Shown here: piece by piece, positions 10,220 through 21,601 of the stretch | Position numbering within the stretch: position 1 is the first letter of the stretch | Layout of the letters: every line of letters starts with the position of its first letter | Assembly (NCBI GenBank): GCA_963712745.1 | Contig: CAVQJC010000002.1 | Span: 160,001-224,000, forward strand | Reading direction: 5' to 3' | Length of the DNA: 64,000 bases | Source: an uncultured Chloroflexia bacterium | GTDB lineage: Bacteria > Chloroflexota > Limnocylindria > Limnocylindrales > CSP1-4 | Notes under the pieces: generated by a model | What the model was told of the DNA's origin: nothing | What the model saw: only the letters and a program-made list of their open reading frames with translations | The model's database searches: none | Position numbers and translations under genes: made by a program

Positions 10220-10540
10220 CTAGTTCGAGCCGGCGTGCCGCCAGGCGGTCTGGAACCAGGCCGCTGCCCGGTCGATGACATGGCGCTCATCATGCGCCGG
10301 CGTGAAGCGGAGCCAGCCGCGGTCGTCTGCGTCGAGCGCGGTGTCCGGCGTGCGCAGCGCGGCATCGGCGATATCGTCCGGCAGCCTGACCGCCAGGGTC
10401 GGGCCTGAGACCCGCGCGAACTCGGTGCCGCCCCTGACATAGGTCACCATCTCGCCGTCGGCGGAACTGGTGACGTCGTCCAACTCCTCGGCCAGGTCCG
10501 CACACAGGCCCGCCAGGTCTGGCGCGTGGTTCTCATTCAT
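10220..10540 (-). CDS. Hypothetical protein, possible YjbR/TfoX-like fold
   Basis: 106-aa ORF with good codon bias, GWLRF motif and TAGGCT 6 nt before the ATG. Confidence 0.6.
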   Translation of the reverse strand: MNENHAPDLAGLCADLAEELDDVTSSADGEMVTYVRGGTEFARVSGPTLAVRLPDDIADAALRTPDTALDADDRGWLRFTPAHDERHVIDRAAAWFQTAWRHAGSN

Positions 10541-10602
10541 GTCGCGAGCCTACCGCCCGTGGCCGCGGTTCGTAAGGTCGGGCAGGTCTCGGCGGCCGTG
10601 TG

Positions 10603-11620
10603 CTAGCGCTCGAACCGTCGCTGCAGCACCGCGTGGATCGGAGACGGCGATAAGGATGACGGCGCCGTAGATGAACTGCTCCAGGTAGTTGGTGAGGCCG
10701 ACGGCCACGATACCGGCCTGGATGCCGCCGATCATGAAGGCGCCGACGAGCGTGCCGTAGATGCTGCCTCGCCCACCGAAGACCGAGGTGCCACCGACGA
10801 AGACCGCAGCCAGGGTCGGCAGCAGGTAGCCGGCCCCCATACCTGGGTAGAAGTTCACGAACTGGAGGCTGTTGAGCAGGCCCGCCAAGGCTGCGGTCAG
10901 CCCCGTCAGGGTGAAGAGCGATGATGCGGGTGCGCCGGATGGGCGATGCCCATCAGGCCCGCTGCCTGCTTGTTGTCGCCGACGACGTAGGTGTTCTGGC
11001 CCAGGCGGTGTCGGTTGAGCAGCAGGCAGGCGACGACCGTCACGAGCGACCAGCCACCAGAACTCCATCGGGAATCCCCAGGAATGGCTTGCCCACGAGG
11101 ACATCGCGGGTAGGTCACCGCGAGTCTCGCCAGAGCGAAGGATTGCCGCGCCACAAGCACGAGCACGAGGCCACGGAAGAGGAACTGCGTGCCGATCGTC
11201 ACGACCAGCGACGGCAGGCCGATGATGCGTGACGACAAGGCCATTGAACAGGCCAGCACCGGCGCCGAGCGGCCGAGCGATACGAAGGCCGCCAGCAGCA
11301 CGTTCTCGGTCGCGTCCCATATCCAGACGAAGCCGACCATGCCCAGGGCCATGACCGAGCGGAAGGACAGGTCGATGTCCCCGGCCACGATGACCATCGT
11401 GAGGGCCATGGCCACGATGGCGAAGTAGGGCATCGTCTGCGCGTACGACATGTAGATGCGCTCGCAGCCGAAGGTCTCAGGCGCCAGAATGAGGAAGACC
11501 AGCCAGAGCAGCGATGAACGCGACAGTGATGCCGATCTGGGAGGGGTAGCGGTGGCGAACGCGGTCAGTGGGCTCGCCCGGCACGCTCCTTCGGGCTGAG
11601 CGGCGCGGCCTCCGTTCGTG
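10603..11620 (-). CDS. Sugar ABC transporter permease (RbsC/AraH-like), several frameshifts, start approximate
   Basis: Fragments in different frames: AGDIDLSF, IGLPSLVVTIG and LAAVFVGGTSVFGGRGSIYGT. Confidence 0.8.
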
Positions 11621-12504
11621 GAGGTCCTGCGTCGTCCGGTCAGCCTGCTCGTCAGCGATTGAGGCGAGACTGCGATCGGGTTCGAACCTCCCCGTCGAGG
11701 CGATCTCACTCATGATGTCCATCAGCTCGTCGAGGCGTGTAGCGCGAGGTCGGGAAGTCACCGGCCACTCGACCGCGGTCCAGGATGCACGATACGGTCG
11801 GCCACCGAGTAGACGTGGAAGATGTTGTGGTCGATGAAGATGGCCGACTTGCCTCTGTCGCGGATGCCGTCCACGAAGTGCAGCAGCTTCTCGGTCTCCT
11901 TAAGGGAGAGGCCCATCGTCGGCTCGTCGAGGATGATGATGTCGGCCTCGAAGTGACAGCGCGCGCACGATCGCCAGGCCCTGTCGTTCGCCACCGGATA
12001 GACCGGTGACCGTCGTGTCAGGAGTCAACACCGCGGACGTGAAGCCCATCGACTCGGTCATGAGCTCTTCGGTGATGCGGCGCATCTCGCCGACTCGCAG
12101 GAACCCCAGCCGACCCGCCACGGCGCGACCCATGAAGATGTTTCGCCAGAGCGGCAGTTGCTCGGCCAGCGCACGCTCCTGGAAGACGGTCTCCACGCCA
12201 AGCGCACGGGCCTTCTGTACGGTCAAGTCTCGGACTCGCCTCGACCGCCGAACCGGATCTCGCCCTGGTCGGGCTGGTGGACTCCGGTGACGACCTTGAT
12301 GAGGGTCGACTTCCCCGCGCCGTTGTCACCGAGCAGGCCCACGACTTCGCCGCCGGTGAGCTTGAAGCTGACGTCCTCGAGAACATCGACACCACCAAAG
12401 GACTTGTAGATGTTGCGCAGCTCCAGGCGCGGTAACTCGGCCTGGCGAGGGTCGGAGCCCTCGCCAGCCCTCACGTCATCCGAGACGACGTGCTGATCGG
12501 TCAC
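11620..12504 (-). CDS. Sugar ABC transporter ATP-binding protein (single domain), frameshifted, end approximate
   Basis: [24 protein letters not shown] and IFIDHN in three frames. Confidence 0.85.
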
Positions 12505-13517
12505 TAGCGAATCTGCTGCTCGACGAGCGGCGCGACCATGTCGATGTTGCTGGAATCGACGAAACCGCCGCCGGTGTCGATGAACAGGCCACTGAAGCCG
12601 TAGTTGTGGCTCAGGCAGATCTGGAGCGACCGCTTCGAAGCCCTGCAGCCACTGCTGCTGGTCGATGGCCAGATCGACGTAGCCGGTCTGGATGCCCTCG
12701 ATGGTCGCCGGGGCCAGGTCGAAGCCAGCCACGTAGAGCGCCTCGGGAGCGATGCCCGCGGCCTCCAGGTAGGCCCGTGCCGTCGAGGTCACGTTGCCAT
12801 GATCGAGGAATGCGGCCTTCAGATCGGGATTGGCCGATGCCATACCCGTGAACGTCGAGATGCCGGCCGACGGGTCGGCATTGGTGGCATCGTCGATCTC
12901 GAGGTAGATGACGTCCATGCCGGCCTCGTTGAGGGCGTCATGGATGCCCAGGGTTCGCTCACCGCGACCGGGCTGGGCTTCAAGGCCCCACAGGAAGACC
13001 TGGTCACCGGCCTCGAGTCCGCCGCGCTTGATGGCTTCGCGGGCCAGGTCGCCGCCGGCCTTGTAGAGGACGGCGCCGACATAGCCGGTGCCGGCCGTCA
13101 TGTGGGCCGCTTCGGTCTCCGCGAGCTCGGTGTTCATGACCGTGACCACGATGCCGCTGGCGACGGCGTCGTCGACGAGCGGCTTGAACGCGTCGTCACC
13201 GGGATGACCCATGATGGCGATGCCGTCCGGGCTGGTCGCCACGGCCTCACCGAACTGGGTGATCATCTTGTTCGGATCCAGTCGGACCAGACGTATTGCA
13301 CCGTGGGCCCGAAGGCCAGCTCGGCGGCCTTGGCCCCGTTGGCCACGACGGTCTCGAACGGACCACCCTGAGTGCCACCGGGGAAGAAGACGATATTGGT
13401 GCCCTCGCAGAACTTGCCGTCGTCCTGTGCCGCGACAGCTGCAGTGGTGCCGACGGCCGCCGAGGCCGCGAGCGATACCGCGATCGTGGCTGACAGGAAC
13501 CTCCGGGATACCTTCAT
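12504..13517 (-). CDS. Sugar ABC transporter substrate-binding protein, frameshifted
   Basis: Signal peptide MKVSRRFLS...AVAAQ (Tat-like SRRFL); PDGIAI, VAGFDL and IDQQQWLQG of periplasmic binding protein type 1. Confidence 0.82.
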
Positions 13518-13704
13518 GTAGCGATACCTCCTCTTGCTCTCAGGGTGGACCTGGCTTGTACGCTGCTTCGTCCCGTGCTCCCTCCCTTCTGCACCCGACG
13601 GCGTTGGCCGTCCTGGAGCGTAGTTAATCAGCTAGCTCCGATACTGCTACCCCCGTCCCCAGCAGGCGCGTGACCTTCGGGATGACTTCGGGGGTCCATT
13701 CGGA

Positions 13705-13716
13705 GCAATCGTATGC
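13705..13716. promoter_or_regulatory. Putative LacI-family operator
   Basis: GCAATCGTATGC pseudo-palindrome upstream of the ABC operon, matching the sites at 15215, 15317 and 20466. Confidence 0.55.
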
Positions 13717-13928
13717 ACTCAAGCGCCGCCTGTCGATGCCCTTGCCCCAACAAGCGATGCCACGGCAGGACGGGCGACCAGCCAGGCTCCGATTCGCCAA
13801 GCACTCGAATCGTGCCCAACGCATCCGACCCGGCGGAGGTGGAGCACGGTGACCCGCGCCCCGGGCCGATGGTCGGACTCGACCCTGAGCCGATCCGAGC
13901 GATCCGGCCAAGCGGGTCGCCCGCGACC

Positions 13929-15095
13929 TCACTCGGTGAGGAACTTGTAGCTGGTCCTCGTCTTGTACTCCTCGCCTGGAGCCAGCAACGCGTTGGGGAA
14001 GCCTTCCTGGTTCGGCGAGTCGGGGAAGATCTGGGTTTCGAGTGCGAGGCCATCACCCTGGCGGAAGGCCTTGTCGGCCTGACCATAGACGGTCCCATCG
14101 AGGAAGTTGCCAGCGTAGAACTGGATGCCCGGCTCCTCGGTCCAGACCTCCAACACACGGCCGGTCGACGGCTCCGACAGGCGGGCAGCCATCATCCAGG
14201 AGCGGTCGTCCCACGCGCCGTCAGCGCTGTGCTCGCGGTCGAGCACCCAGTTGTGGTCGTAGCCGCGACCGATGATGATCTGCTCGTGATCCGAGCGGTT
14301 CCGCTCGCCGATCGCCGTGGGTGTCGTGAAGTCGAACGGGGTATCCGCGACGGGAGCGATTTCGCCGGTCGGGATCAGCGTCGGATCCACGGGGGTGTAG
14401 TTGCTAGCGTTGAGCTGCAGCACATGATCATCGATCGTGCCCATGCCCTCGCCCTTGAGGTTCCAGTAGGCATGATTCGTCAGGTTGATCACCGTGGTCT
14501 TGTCGGTGGTGGCCAGGTAGTCCATCAGGAGCTCATTCTCATCCGTCAGGGTGTACGTGACCTTGACATCGAGGTTGCCCGGATAGCCCTCTTCCATGTC
14601 CGGGCTCATGTACGAGAACTGGACGGCGACGCCCTCATCGCTCTCGACCTCTTCTGCGGTCCAGACGACCTTGTCGAAGCCTTTCAGGCCACCGTGGAGC
14701 GCATTGGGGTCGTTGTTGATGGCGAGGCTGTACTCCTCACCATCGATGGTGAACTTGCCCAACGCGATGCGATTCGCATAGCGCCCCGTGATGGTGCCGA
14801 AGTACGGGCTCATCGACTCGTAGTCGGCCATGTTATCGAAGCCCAGGTTGACGTTCGCGATGTTGCCGTCGCGATCGGGCACGTTGACCTGACTCAGCGT
14901 GCCGCCCCACGTGAGGATCTTGACCTCCATCCCGTTGGCGTTGGTCAGGGTCCATTGCTCGACGGCGGCCCCATCCGACGTCGTGTCGAAGGGAGCGCTC
15001 GAGACGCTCTGTGCAACGGCCGCGTTGGGGAGTGCGGCTAGCAAGAGCATCGTCGCGGCGCCGATGGCGAATACACGACTAATCGATCTGTTCAC
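13929..15095 (-). CDS. galM: Aldose 1-epimerase (mutarotase) with N-terminal signal peptide
   Basis: GRYANRI, NALHGG, NLTNHAYWNL, GYDHN and LALETQ motifs; N-terminus ends AAVA-Q. Confidence 0.92.
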   Translation of the reverse strand: MNRSISRVFAIGAATMLLLAALPNAAVAQSVSSAPFDTTSDGAAVEQWTLTNANGMEVKILTWGGTLSQVNVPDRDGNIANVNLGFDNMADYESMSPYFGTITGRYANRIALGKFTIDGEEYSLAINNDPNALHGGLKGFDKVVWTAEEVESDEGVAVQFSYMSPDMEEGYPGNLDVKVTYTLTDENELLMDYLATTDKTTVINLTNHAYWNLKGEGMGTIDDHVLQLNASNYTPVDPTLIPTGEIAPVADTPFDFTTPTAIGERNRSDHEQIIIGRGYDHNWVLDREHSADGAWDDRSWMMAARLSEPSTGRVLEVWTEEPGIQFYAGNFLDGTVYGQADKAFRQGDGLALETQIFPDSPNQEGFPNALLAPGEEYKTRTSYKFLTE

Positions 15096-15214
15096 AACAG
15101 GCTCTCCTCCTGTGGGCGTTGACGCTGGACGGTGACCTCCGTCTTTCCGCCGCCCAGCGTCCCCTTTGGCGAGCCCGTATGTATCGAGCTCGCGACGGCC
15201 CCATTATAGTAGGT

Positions 15215-15342
15215 GCAATCGAACGGCGGCAATGGTATGCACCAAACAGAACGCAGCGCCACTCCAGCCCTCCCGACGGGCTGCACCGAATGACCAAGGC
15301 AGCTGTCCCTGCTCATGCAAACGAGTGTGTGCACACATATGC
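15215..15342. promoter_or_regulatory. Two pairs of LacI-like boxes in the galM/lacI divergent region
   Basis: GCAATCGAACGG (15215) with GCAATGGTATGC (15229), and GCAAACGAGTGT (15317) with GCACACATATGC (15331); each pair is 14 bp apart. Confidence 0.6.
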
Positions 15343-15415
15343 TTGGAGTTGCGGCGAACCATCTGGCGCATGAGCGGGTCGAGTCGAGCGTTGTGAGCCA
15401 GGGAGGACAAACGGC

Positions 15416-16486
15416 ATGTCGCGGACAACAGGCAGATCCGGCGAGATTGCGGACGGCGAGGTCGCTCGGCAAGCGCGGCGTTCGCAAGCGCCTACGATGC
15501 GTGACATCGCCACGGTCACCGGCGTCTCCCAGTCCACCGTTTCGCGGGTCCTCAGTGGCACCGCCACCGCAGTGCCCATCGCTGAGACCACACGCGAGCG
15601 CGTCATCAGGACGGCTCAAGAGCTGGGCTATCGGCCCAATCCTCTGGCTCGTGGGCTCCGCGGCGCGCCGACGATGCTGCTTGGCGTCATCGTCCGCGAC
15701 ATCACCGATCCCTTCTTCGCCGGCGCCATCGAGGCTGCCTCGCCGCCAGGCCGACAAGCGTGGCTACAACGTGGTCCTGGGCCACGCCCACGAGAGCGCC
15801 GACGAGGCCGTCGCCCTGTGGGGCATCCTCGAGGCGCGCCACTGCGATGCCATCCTCTTCCTCGGTGACCTACGCGATCGACCGGACCTGCTCAAGGACC
15901 TGAAGAACACGAGCATCCCCGTGGTGGCCTTGTGGCACGGCTCGCGCGACAGTGGGTTCCCGACCGTCTGCGTCGACAATGCCGCCGGCATCGCATCGGT
16001 GATGGACCACCTCATCGGGCTGAGGTCATCAGCGCATCGCCTTCGCCGGGCCGAAACGCCTCGGAGACATCGCCGAGCGGGAGTTGGCCTACCTCGCTTC
16101 ACTGGAGCGCCATGACCTGCCCCGTCACGAGGAGTACCGCCTCGAGGTCGACAACAGCTTCAGCGGCGGCAGCTTCGCCCTCGACATGCTGATGGACCTC
16201 CGCCAGCCTCCGACCGCCATGGTGACAGCCACCGACGTCATCGCCATCGGCATGCTGCATGCGCGCCCACCGAAGGGGGCTGCGAGTGCCTCGCGACCTC
16301 TCCATCACCGGCTTCGACGACATCCCCGTGGCTGCAGTCAGCGTGCCCGCGCTGACGAGCGTGCGGATGCCCACCGAGGCCATGCTCGCTGCGGCGGTCG
16401 ACATCGCCATCGGCGATAGGTCGACGCGACCAGCCATCCAGTCCTCCAGCCGACGCTCGTGGTGCGGGCGTCGACCGGGCCGGTAG
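15416..16486 (+). CDS. LacI-family transcriptional regulator, frameshifted, end approximate
   Basis: [17 protein letters not shown]...[12 protein letters not shown], then [12 protein letters not shown] and LVVRAST in other frames. Confidence 0.85.
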
Positions 16487-16513
16487 CCGGCCAGCCAGTC
16501 ACAGAGAAGGAAC

Positions 16514-18208
16514 TTGACCGTGGGCAACTACGTCATCGGCGTCGACTTCGGGACCGAGTCCGGCCGTGCTGTCGTCATCGACGCGGCCAACGGGCGCGAG
16601 CTCGGCAGCAGCGTCTACCCCTACGCCAACGGCGTCATCGATGAGACGCTGCCTGCGCCCGACGACGACGTACGGCTGGCGCCCGAGTGGGCGCTGCAGG
16701 ATCCCGAGGATTACCTGCGCACCTTCCAGCAGGCGGTCCCCGCGGCCATCTCCGAGGCCGGCGTGGAGGCTGCCGACGTCATCGGCGTGGGTATCGATTT
16801 CACCGCCTGCACGATGCTGCCGACCAAGGCAGACGGCACGCCGCTGGCCACGCTGCCCGAGTTCCGCCGCAACCCGCATGCCTGGGTGAAGCTGTGGAAA
16901 CACCACGCTGCCCAGCCGGAGGCGGACCTCATCAACGCCACCGCTCGCGACCGCGGCGAGGAGTGGCTGCCGCGCTACGGCGGCAAGATCTCATCGGAGT
17001 GGTTCTACTCCAAGGCATTGCAGATCCTCGATGAGGCTCCCGAGGTCTACGACGAAGCGGACCGGCTCATCGAGGCGGCCGACTGGGTCATCTGGCGCCT
17101 TACCGGGAACGAGACTCGCAACAGCTGCACGGCCGGCTACAAGGCCATCTGGTCGAAGGCTGACGGCTTCCCCGGTGAGGACTACTTCGCGGCGCTGGAT
17201 CCTCGCCTGTCGAGCATCGTCGACGACAAGATGGGCCGCGAGGTCACTTCCATCGGCGAGAAGGCCGGTGAGCTGACCGAGGAGGCCGCCTCGTGGACCG
17301 GCCTGCGCCCGGGGACCGCCGTGGCCGTGGCCAACGTGGACGCCCATGTCTCGGTGCCGGCCACGACCGTGACCGAGCCCGGCCGCATGGTCATGGTCAT
17401 GGGCACCAGCATCTGCCACATGGTGCTTGGTGAGAAGCAGGCCAACGTCGAGGGCATGTGCGGCGTGGTCGAGGACGGCATCCTGCCAGGGTTGTTCGGC
17501 TACGAGGCGGGTCAGTCCGGCGTGGGCGACATCTTCGCCTGGTTCGTGGACAACCTCGTGCCGGCCGAGTACTTCGAGCAGGCCGAGCGAGAGGGCATCG
17601 ACGTCCACGCCGTGCTCGAGCGCGAGGCGGCCGAGCTGACGCCGGGCCAGTCTGGGCTGGTCGCGCTGGACTGGATGAACGGCAACCGCTCGGTGCTGGT
17701 CGATGTCGACCTCTCCGGCCTCATCCTCGGGGCCACGCTTGCGACCAAGGCGCCGGAGGTCTACCGCGCGCTCATCGAGGCGACCGCCTTCGGCACACGC
17801 ACCATCATCGAATCGTTCGAGGCCTCCGGCGTGCCCATCAACGACGTCGTCGGCTGCGGTGGCCTGCCCGACAAGAACAAGCTGCTCATGCAGATCTATG
17901 CCGACGTGACGCGGCGCGAGTTCTCGGTGGCAGCCTCCTCGCAGACGCCGGCCCTGGGTAGCTCGATGTGGGCGGCCGTGGCGGCGGGTGCTGCCAACGG
18001 TGGCTATGACACCATCGAGGATGCGACCGCGGCCATGGCACAGCTGCGGGACGAGCACTACCTGCCCGATCCGGACGCTGCGGCCGTGTACGACGAGCTC
18101 TACGCCGAGTACAAGCTGCTTCACGACTACTTCGGTCGTGGTGCCAACGATGCCATGAAGCGCCTGCGCGCCATCCGCGATCGAGCCCTGGAGTCCGCCG
18201 CCCGCTGA
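16514..18208 (+). CDS. araB: Ribulokinase
   Basis: [37 protein letters not shown] and LDWMNGNRS motifs. Confidence 0.93.
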   Translation: MTVGNYVIGVDFGTESGRAVVIDAANGRELGSSVYPYANGVIDETLPAPDDDVRLAPEWALQDPEDYLRTFQQAVPAAISEAGVEAADVIGVGIDFTACTMLPTKADGTPLATLPEFRRNPHAWVKLWKHHAAQPEADLINATARDRGEEWLPRYGGKISSEWFYSKALQILDEAPEVYDEADRLIEAADWVIWRLTGNETRNSCTAGYKAIWSKADGFPGEDYFAALDPRLSSIVDDKMGREVTSIGEKAGELTEEAASWTGLRPGTAVAVANVDAHVSVPATTVTEPGRMVMVMGTSICHMVLGEKQANVEGMCGVVEDGILPGLFGYEAGQSGVGDIFAWFVDNLVPAEYFEQAEREGIDVHAVLEREAAELTPGQSGLVALDWMNGNRSVLVDVDLSGLILGATLATKAPEVYRALIEATAFGTRTIIESFEASGVPINDVVGCGGLPDKNKLLMQIYADVTRREFSVAASSQTPALGSSMWAAVAAGAANGGYDTIEDATAAMAQLRDEHYLPDPDAAAVYDELYAEYKLLHDYFGRGANDAMKRLRAIRDRALESAAR

Positions 18209-18223
18209 TGGGTGGTCGGCTGG

Positions 18224-18397
18224 CCCTGGCCGGCTGCAGCCAGCTAGAGCAGCGCGCGCCGGGCTTCACGAACGGCGACCCTGGCCGGCTGCAGCCAGGT
18301 AGAGCAGCGCGCGCCGGGCTTCACGAACGGCGACCCTGGCCGGCTGCAGCCAGGTAGAGCAGCGCGCGCCGGGCTTCACGAACGGCGACCCTGGCCG
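18224..18397. repeat. Tandem repeat, 3 full copies of a 55-bp unit plus a partial copy
   Basis: CCCTGGCCG restarts at 18224, 18279, 18334 and 18389; one substitution between the copies. Confidence 0.92.
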
Positions 18398-18765
18398 TTC
18401 GCGCCGGATCTTCGCAATGGCTGAACGACCGTGAGGAGCCGACCGGCTCATGGGTCGCGAGACTCAGATTCGTGGGCGCGAGACCGTCGGGTGCGCTGCG
18501 ACTATGCCCTCTGGGCATGGTCCGCCCAGCAACCGGGCTCGGCGCCCGGTCCCGTCAGCTGGCCGGGCCTCACGAACGGCGACCCTGGCCGTTCGCGCCG
18601 GATCTTCGCAATGGCTGAACGACCGTGATCGAAATGGCCGGCTCATGGGTCGCGAGACTCAGATTCGTGGGCGCGAGACCGTCGGGTGCGCTGCGTCTAT
18701 GCCCTCTGGGCATCGTTGCGCCCGGCAACCGGGCTCGGCGCGCGGTCATGTCAGCTGGCCGGGCC
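18368..18765. repeat. Tandem repeat, 2 diverged copies of a ~194-bp unit overlapping the 55-bp array
   Basis: TCACGAACGGCGACCCTGGCCGTTCGCGCCGGATCTTCGCAATGG at 18376 and 18570, with similarity continuing to about 18765. Confidence 0.9.
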
Positions 18766-18912
18766 AGGTTCTTCAATGGTCGCGAAAAGGACGATCGTCG
18801 ACGTGCGGGCTGCTCGAGGCAGCGAGCCAGTTGGGAAGGCGAGCCGCCCGTGGAGCCTGCGGACGGGGCCCGGTTCGTCACCCCCCCTCCGCCTGCAGAC
18901 TGTGATGAGTTC

Positions 18913-20416
18913 CTAGACGGCACCGGCAAGATGCCAGTAGGCGTTGCTCCACTGCACTTCCTTGCGGAAGCGGCGAGCCGTCGTGTCAGCGTCGATGGCG
19001 ACCAGCTCGACCCCGACCATCTCGGCGAAGTCCTCGATGACCTCGAGACCGACCGCCTGCGAGTAGGCCGTGTGGTGCGGGCCGCCCGCCAACAGCCACG
19101 ACTCGGCCGCGGTGGTGAAGTCCGGCTCGCGGCACCCACAACGCACGGGCCACGGGCAGCGTCGGCAGGTCCGAGGGCGGGTCGATGGCGTCGATCTCGT
19201 TGGCCACCAAGCGCAGGCGCGTGCCCATGTCGACCAGGCCCACCACGACGCCCGGACCGGCGGCACCGCTGAACACGAGTCGCACCGGGTCCTCGCGTTC
19301 GCCCACGAAGAGGGGATGGATCTCGCATGCGGGCGTGGCGGCCGCGATGGTCGGACAGATCTCCAGCATGTGCGCCCCGAGCACGGCCGTCTGCGGTGCC
19401 CCGAAGTCGTAGGTGTAGTCCTCCATGAACGAGACGCCACCCTCGAGCCCTTCGCTCATGGCCTTGACGATGCGCACGAGCATCGACGACTTCCAGTCGC
19501 CCTCCGCGCCGAAGCCATAGCCGTCGGCCATGAGCCGCTGGGCCCCGATGCCCGGCAGCTGCTTCAGGCCGCCCAGGTCCTCGAAGGTGTCGACGAAGGC
19601 CATCGAACCGCGCTCGGTGAGGAAGGCCCGCAGGCCCAGCTCGATGCGGGCCGCATCACGCAGGGACTCGCGCCGGTCGCCTCCGGGGCGCAGCTCGGGC
19701 ACGACCTCGTAGCGCTCGTCGTACTCGGCGCAGAGTCGGTCGACCTCGGCATCGGCCACCTGGTCCACGACCGCGGCCAGCTCGTTGACCGGGTAGGTGT
19801 TGCAGGCGGCGCCGAAGCGGGCCTGCACCTCGACCTTGTCGCCGTCGGTGTCGGCCACCTCGCGCATGTTGTCGCCGAAGCGGATGACCCGCAGGTCGCG
19901 CGCCTCGTGGGCGCCGGCCGCCGCGCGCATCCAGGCGCCGACACGACGCTGCACGCCCGCCTCCTGCCAGTGGCCGGCCACGGTCTTGCGGGGCAGGCGC
20001 AGGCGCGACACGATGTAGGCGAACTCGCGGTCGCCATGGGCCGACTGGTTGAGGTTCATGAACTCCATGTCGATGGCGCCGTAGGGCAGGTCGGCGCCGT
20101 ACTGGGTATGCAGGTGCAGGAACGGCTTGGTCAACGCCTGCAGCCCCGCGATCCACATCTTGGCCGGGCTGAACGTGTGCATCCAGCCGATGACGCCGAT
20201 GCAGCTGTCGTCCGCGGAGGCATCGATGCAGGCGCGGCGGATGCCATCAGGCGTGGTCACGGTCGGCTTGTGGACGATCTCGACGGGGATGTCGGCCGAG
20301 GCGTTGAGCCCGGCCACCATCTCCTGTGATTGGGCGAGCACCTTGCCCAGGATGACCTCGCCGTAGAGGCCCTGACTACCGGTCAGGAACCAGATCTTGA
20401 GCCCCTCGAATGCCAT
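18913..20416 (-). CDS. araA: L-arabinose isomerase, one frameshift near 19130
   Basis: [54 protein letters not shown]; C-terminal GGPHHT in a second frame. Confidence 0.93.
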
Positions 20417-20465
20417 CGGTCCTCGCCTCCACACGATTGCCCGGGCACGGCGTAGCCCGGGGGAT

Positions 20466-20491
20466 GCAATCGAGTGTATGCAAACGAATTC
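20466..20491. promoter_or_regulatory. Paired LacI-like boxes between divergent araA and araD
   Basis: GCAATCGAGTGT (20466) and GCAAACGAATTC (20480), 14 bp apart. Confidence 0.6.
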
Positions 20492-20519
20492 TCGCGGTCA
20501 AACCGGTATCATGCGGACC

Positions 20520-21233
20520 ATGATCGACATGGCGCTCAGGGAACAGGTCGCGAGGGCCAACGCGGACCTGGTGAAGGCCGGCCTGGTGACCCTCTCGTTC
20601 GGCAACGTGAGTGGCGTGGACCGCGAGGCCAACGCCCTGGTCATCAAGCCCAGCGGCGTGGCCTGCGACAGGGTCCAGCCGGAGGACCTGGTGGTGGTCT
20701 CACTGGAGGATGGCCGCGTGCTCGAGGGCACGATGCGTCCATCGAGCGACACGCCCACGCACCTGCGCCTGTACCAGGCGTATCCCGACCTCGGCGGCGT
20801 GGTGCACACGCACTCGAGCTTCGCTGCTGCCTTCGCACAGGCGGGTCGCGACATCCCCGCGCTGGGCACTACCCACGCCGACCACTTCCGGGGAGCGGTC
20901 CCCACCTCGCGCCTGATGACCGAAGAGGAGATCGCGGGCGAGTACGAGCTTGAGACGGGCAACGTCATCATCGAGACCATCGACGGCCGCACTGACGATG
21001 CATTGCGCATGCCGGCCGTGCTGGTGCGTTCGCATGGCCCGTTCACCTGGGGCCGCGATGCCGACCAGGCCGTGGTCAACGCCATCGCCCTGGAGGCCGT
21101 GGCGGCCATGGCCCAGCGGACCCTCTCCATCGACCCCGCAGCACCGGCCATCCAGGAGGCGCTGTTGCGCCGGCACTTCGACCGCAAGCATGGTCCGGGT
21201 GCCTACTATGGACAGGCGGGGGACAAGCACTAG
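20520..21233 (+). CDS. araD: L-ribulose-5-phosphate 4-epimerase
   Basis: GNVSG, IKPSGV, PSSDTPTH, VHTHS, GTTHADHF and RKHGPGAYYGQ; TATCAT 7 nt before the ATG. Confidence 0.94.
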   Translation: MIDMALREQVARANADLVKAGLVTLSFGNVSGVDREANALVIKPSGVACDRVQPEDLVVVSLEDGRVLEGTMRPSSDTPTHLRLYQAYPDLGGVVHTHSSFAAAFAQAGRDIPALGTTHADHFRGAVPTSRLMTEEEIAGEYELETGNVIIETIDGRTDDALRMPAVLVRSHGPFTWGRDADQAVVNAIALEAVAAMAQRTLSIDPAAPAIQEALLRRHFDRKHGPGAYYGQAGDKH

Positions 21234-21292
21234 CCCGCTACCGCGATGCTCGCGGATCCGACAGTCAGCGCGAACCCAGAGGAGGTCGACCG

Positions 21293-21601
21293 ATGTTCAT
21301 CGCGGCAGTCCATGTCTACGTCAAGCCTGACCTGGTCGACGAGTTCAAGGAGCAGATCCGAGCCAACCACGAAGCCTCCATCGCCGAGCCCGGCTGCCTG
21401 CGCTTCGACGTGGCCCAGTCGAAGGACGACCCCACGGAGTTCCTGCTCTGGGAGGTCTACGTCGACGAGGAGGCGAACCGGTTCCACAAGACGACGCCGC
21501 ACTACCTCGCCTTCAAGGAGCTGATGCCCCGGTTCATGTCCCGTGACCGGCACAGCGACCTGTACGAGGGCATCTACGTGGACTCGGACAAGCTCGGCTG
21601 A
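21293..21601 (+). CDS. Antibiotic biosynthesis monooxygenase-family (ABM/LsrG-like) protein
   Basis: EPGCLRFDV...FLLWEVY...HKTTPHY. Confidence 0.85.
   Translation: MFIAAVHVYVKPDLVDEFKEQIRANHEASIAEPGCLRFDVAQSKDDPTEFLLWEVYVDEEANRFHKTTPHYLAFKELMPRFMSRDRHSDLYEGIYVDSDKLG

Noticed and set aside
12223-13266. Binding protein-ATPase fusion suggested by the ORF track
   Set aside because: A frameshift near 12630 carries the binding-protein frame into the ATPase. The natural binding-protein stop overlaps the ATPase GTG at 12504.
18224-18765. CRISPR array
   Set aside because: The inserts between core repeats are copies of each other (25 bp x3, ~164 bp x2) rather than unique spacers, and no cas genes are in the window.
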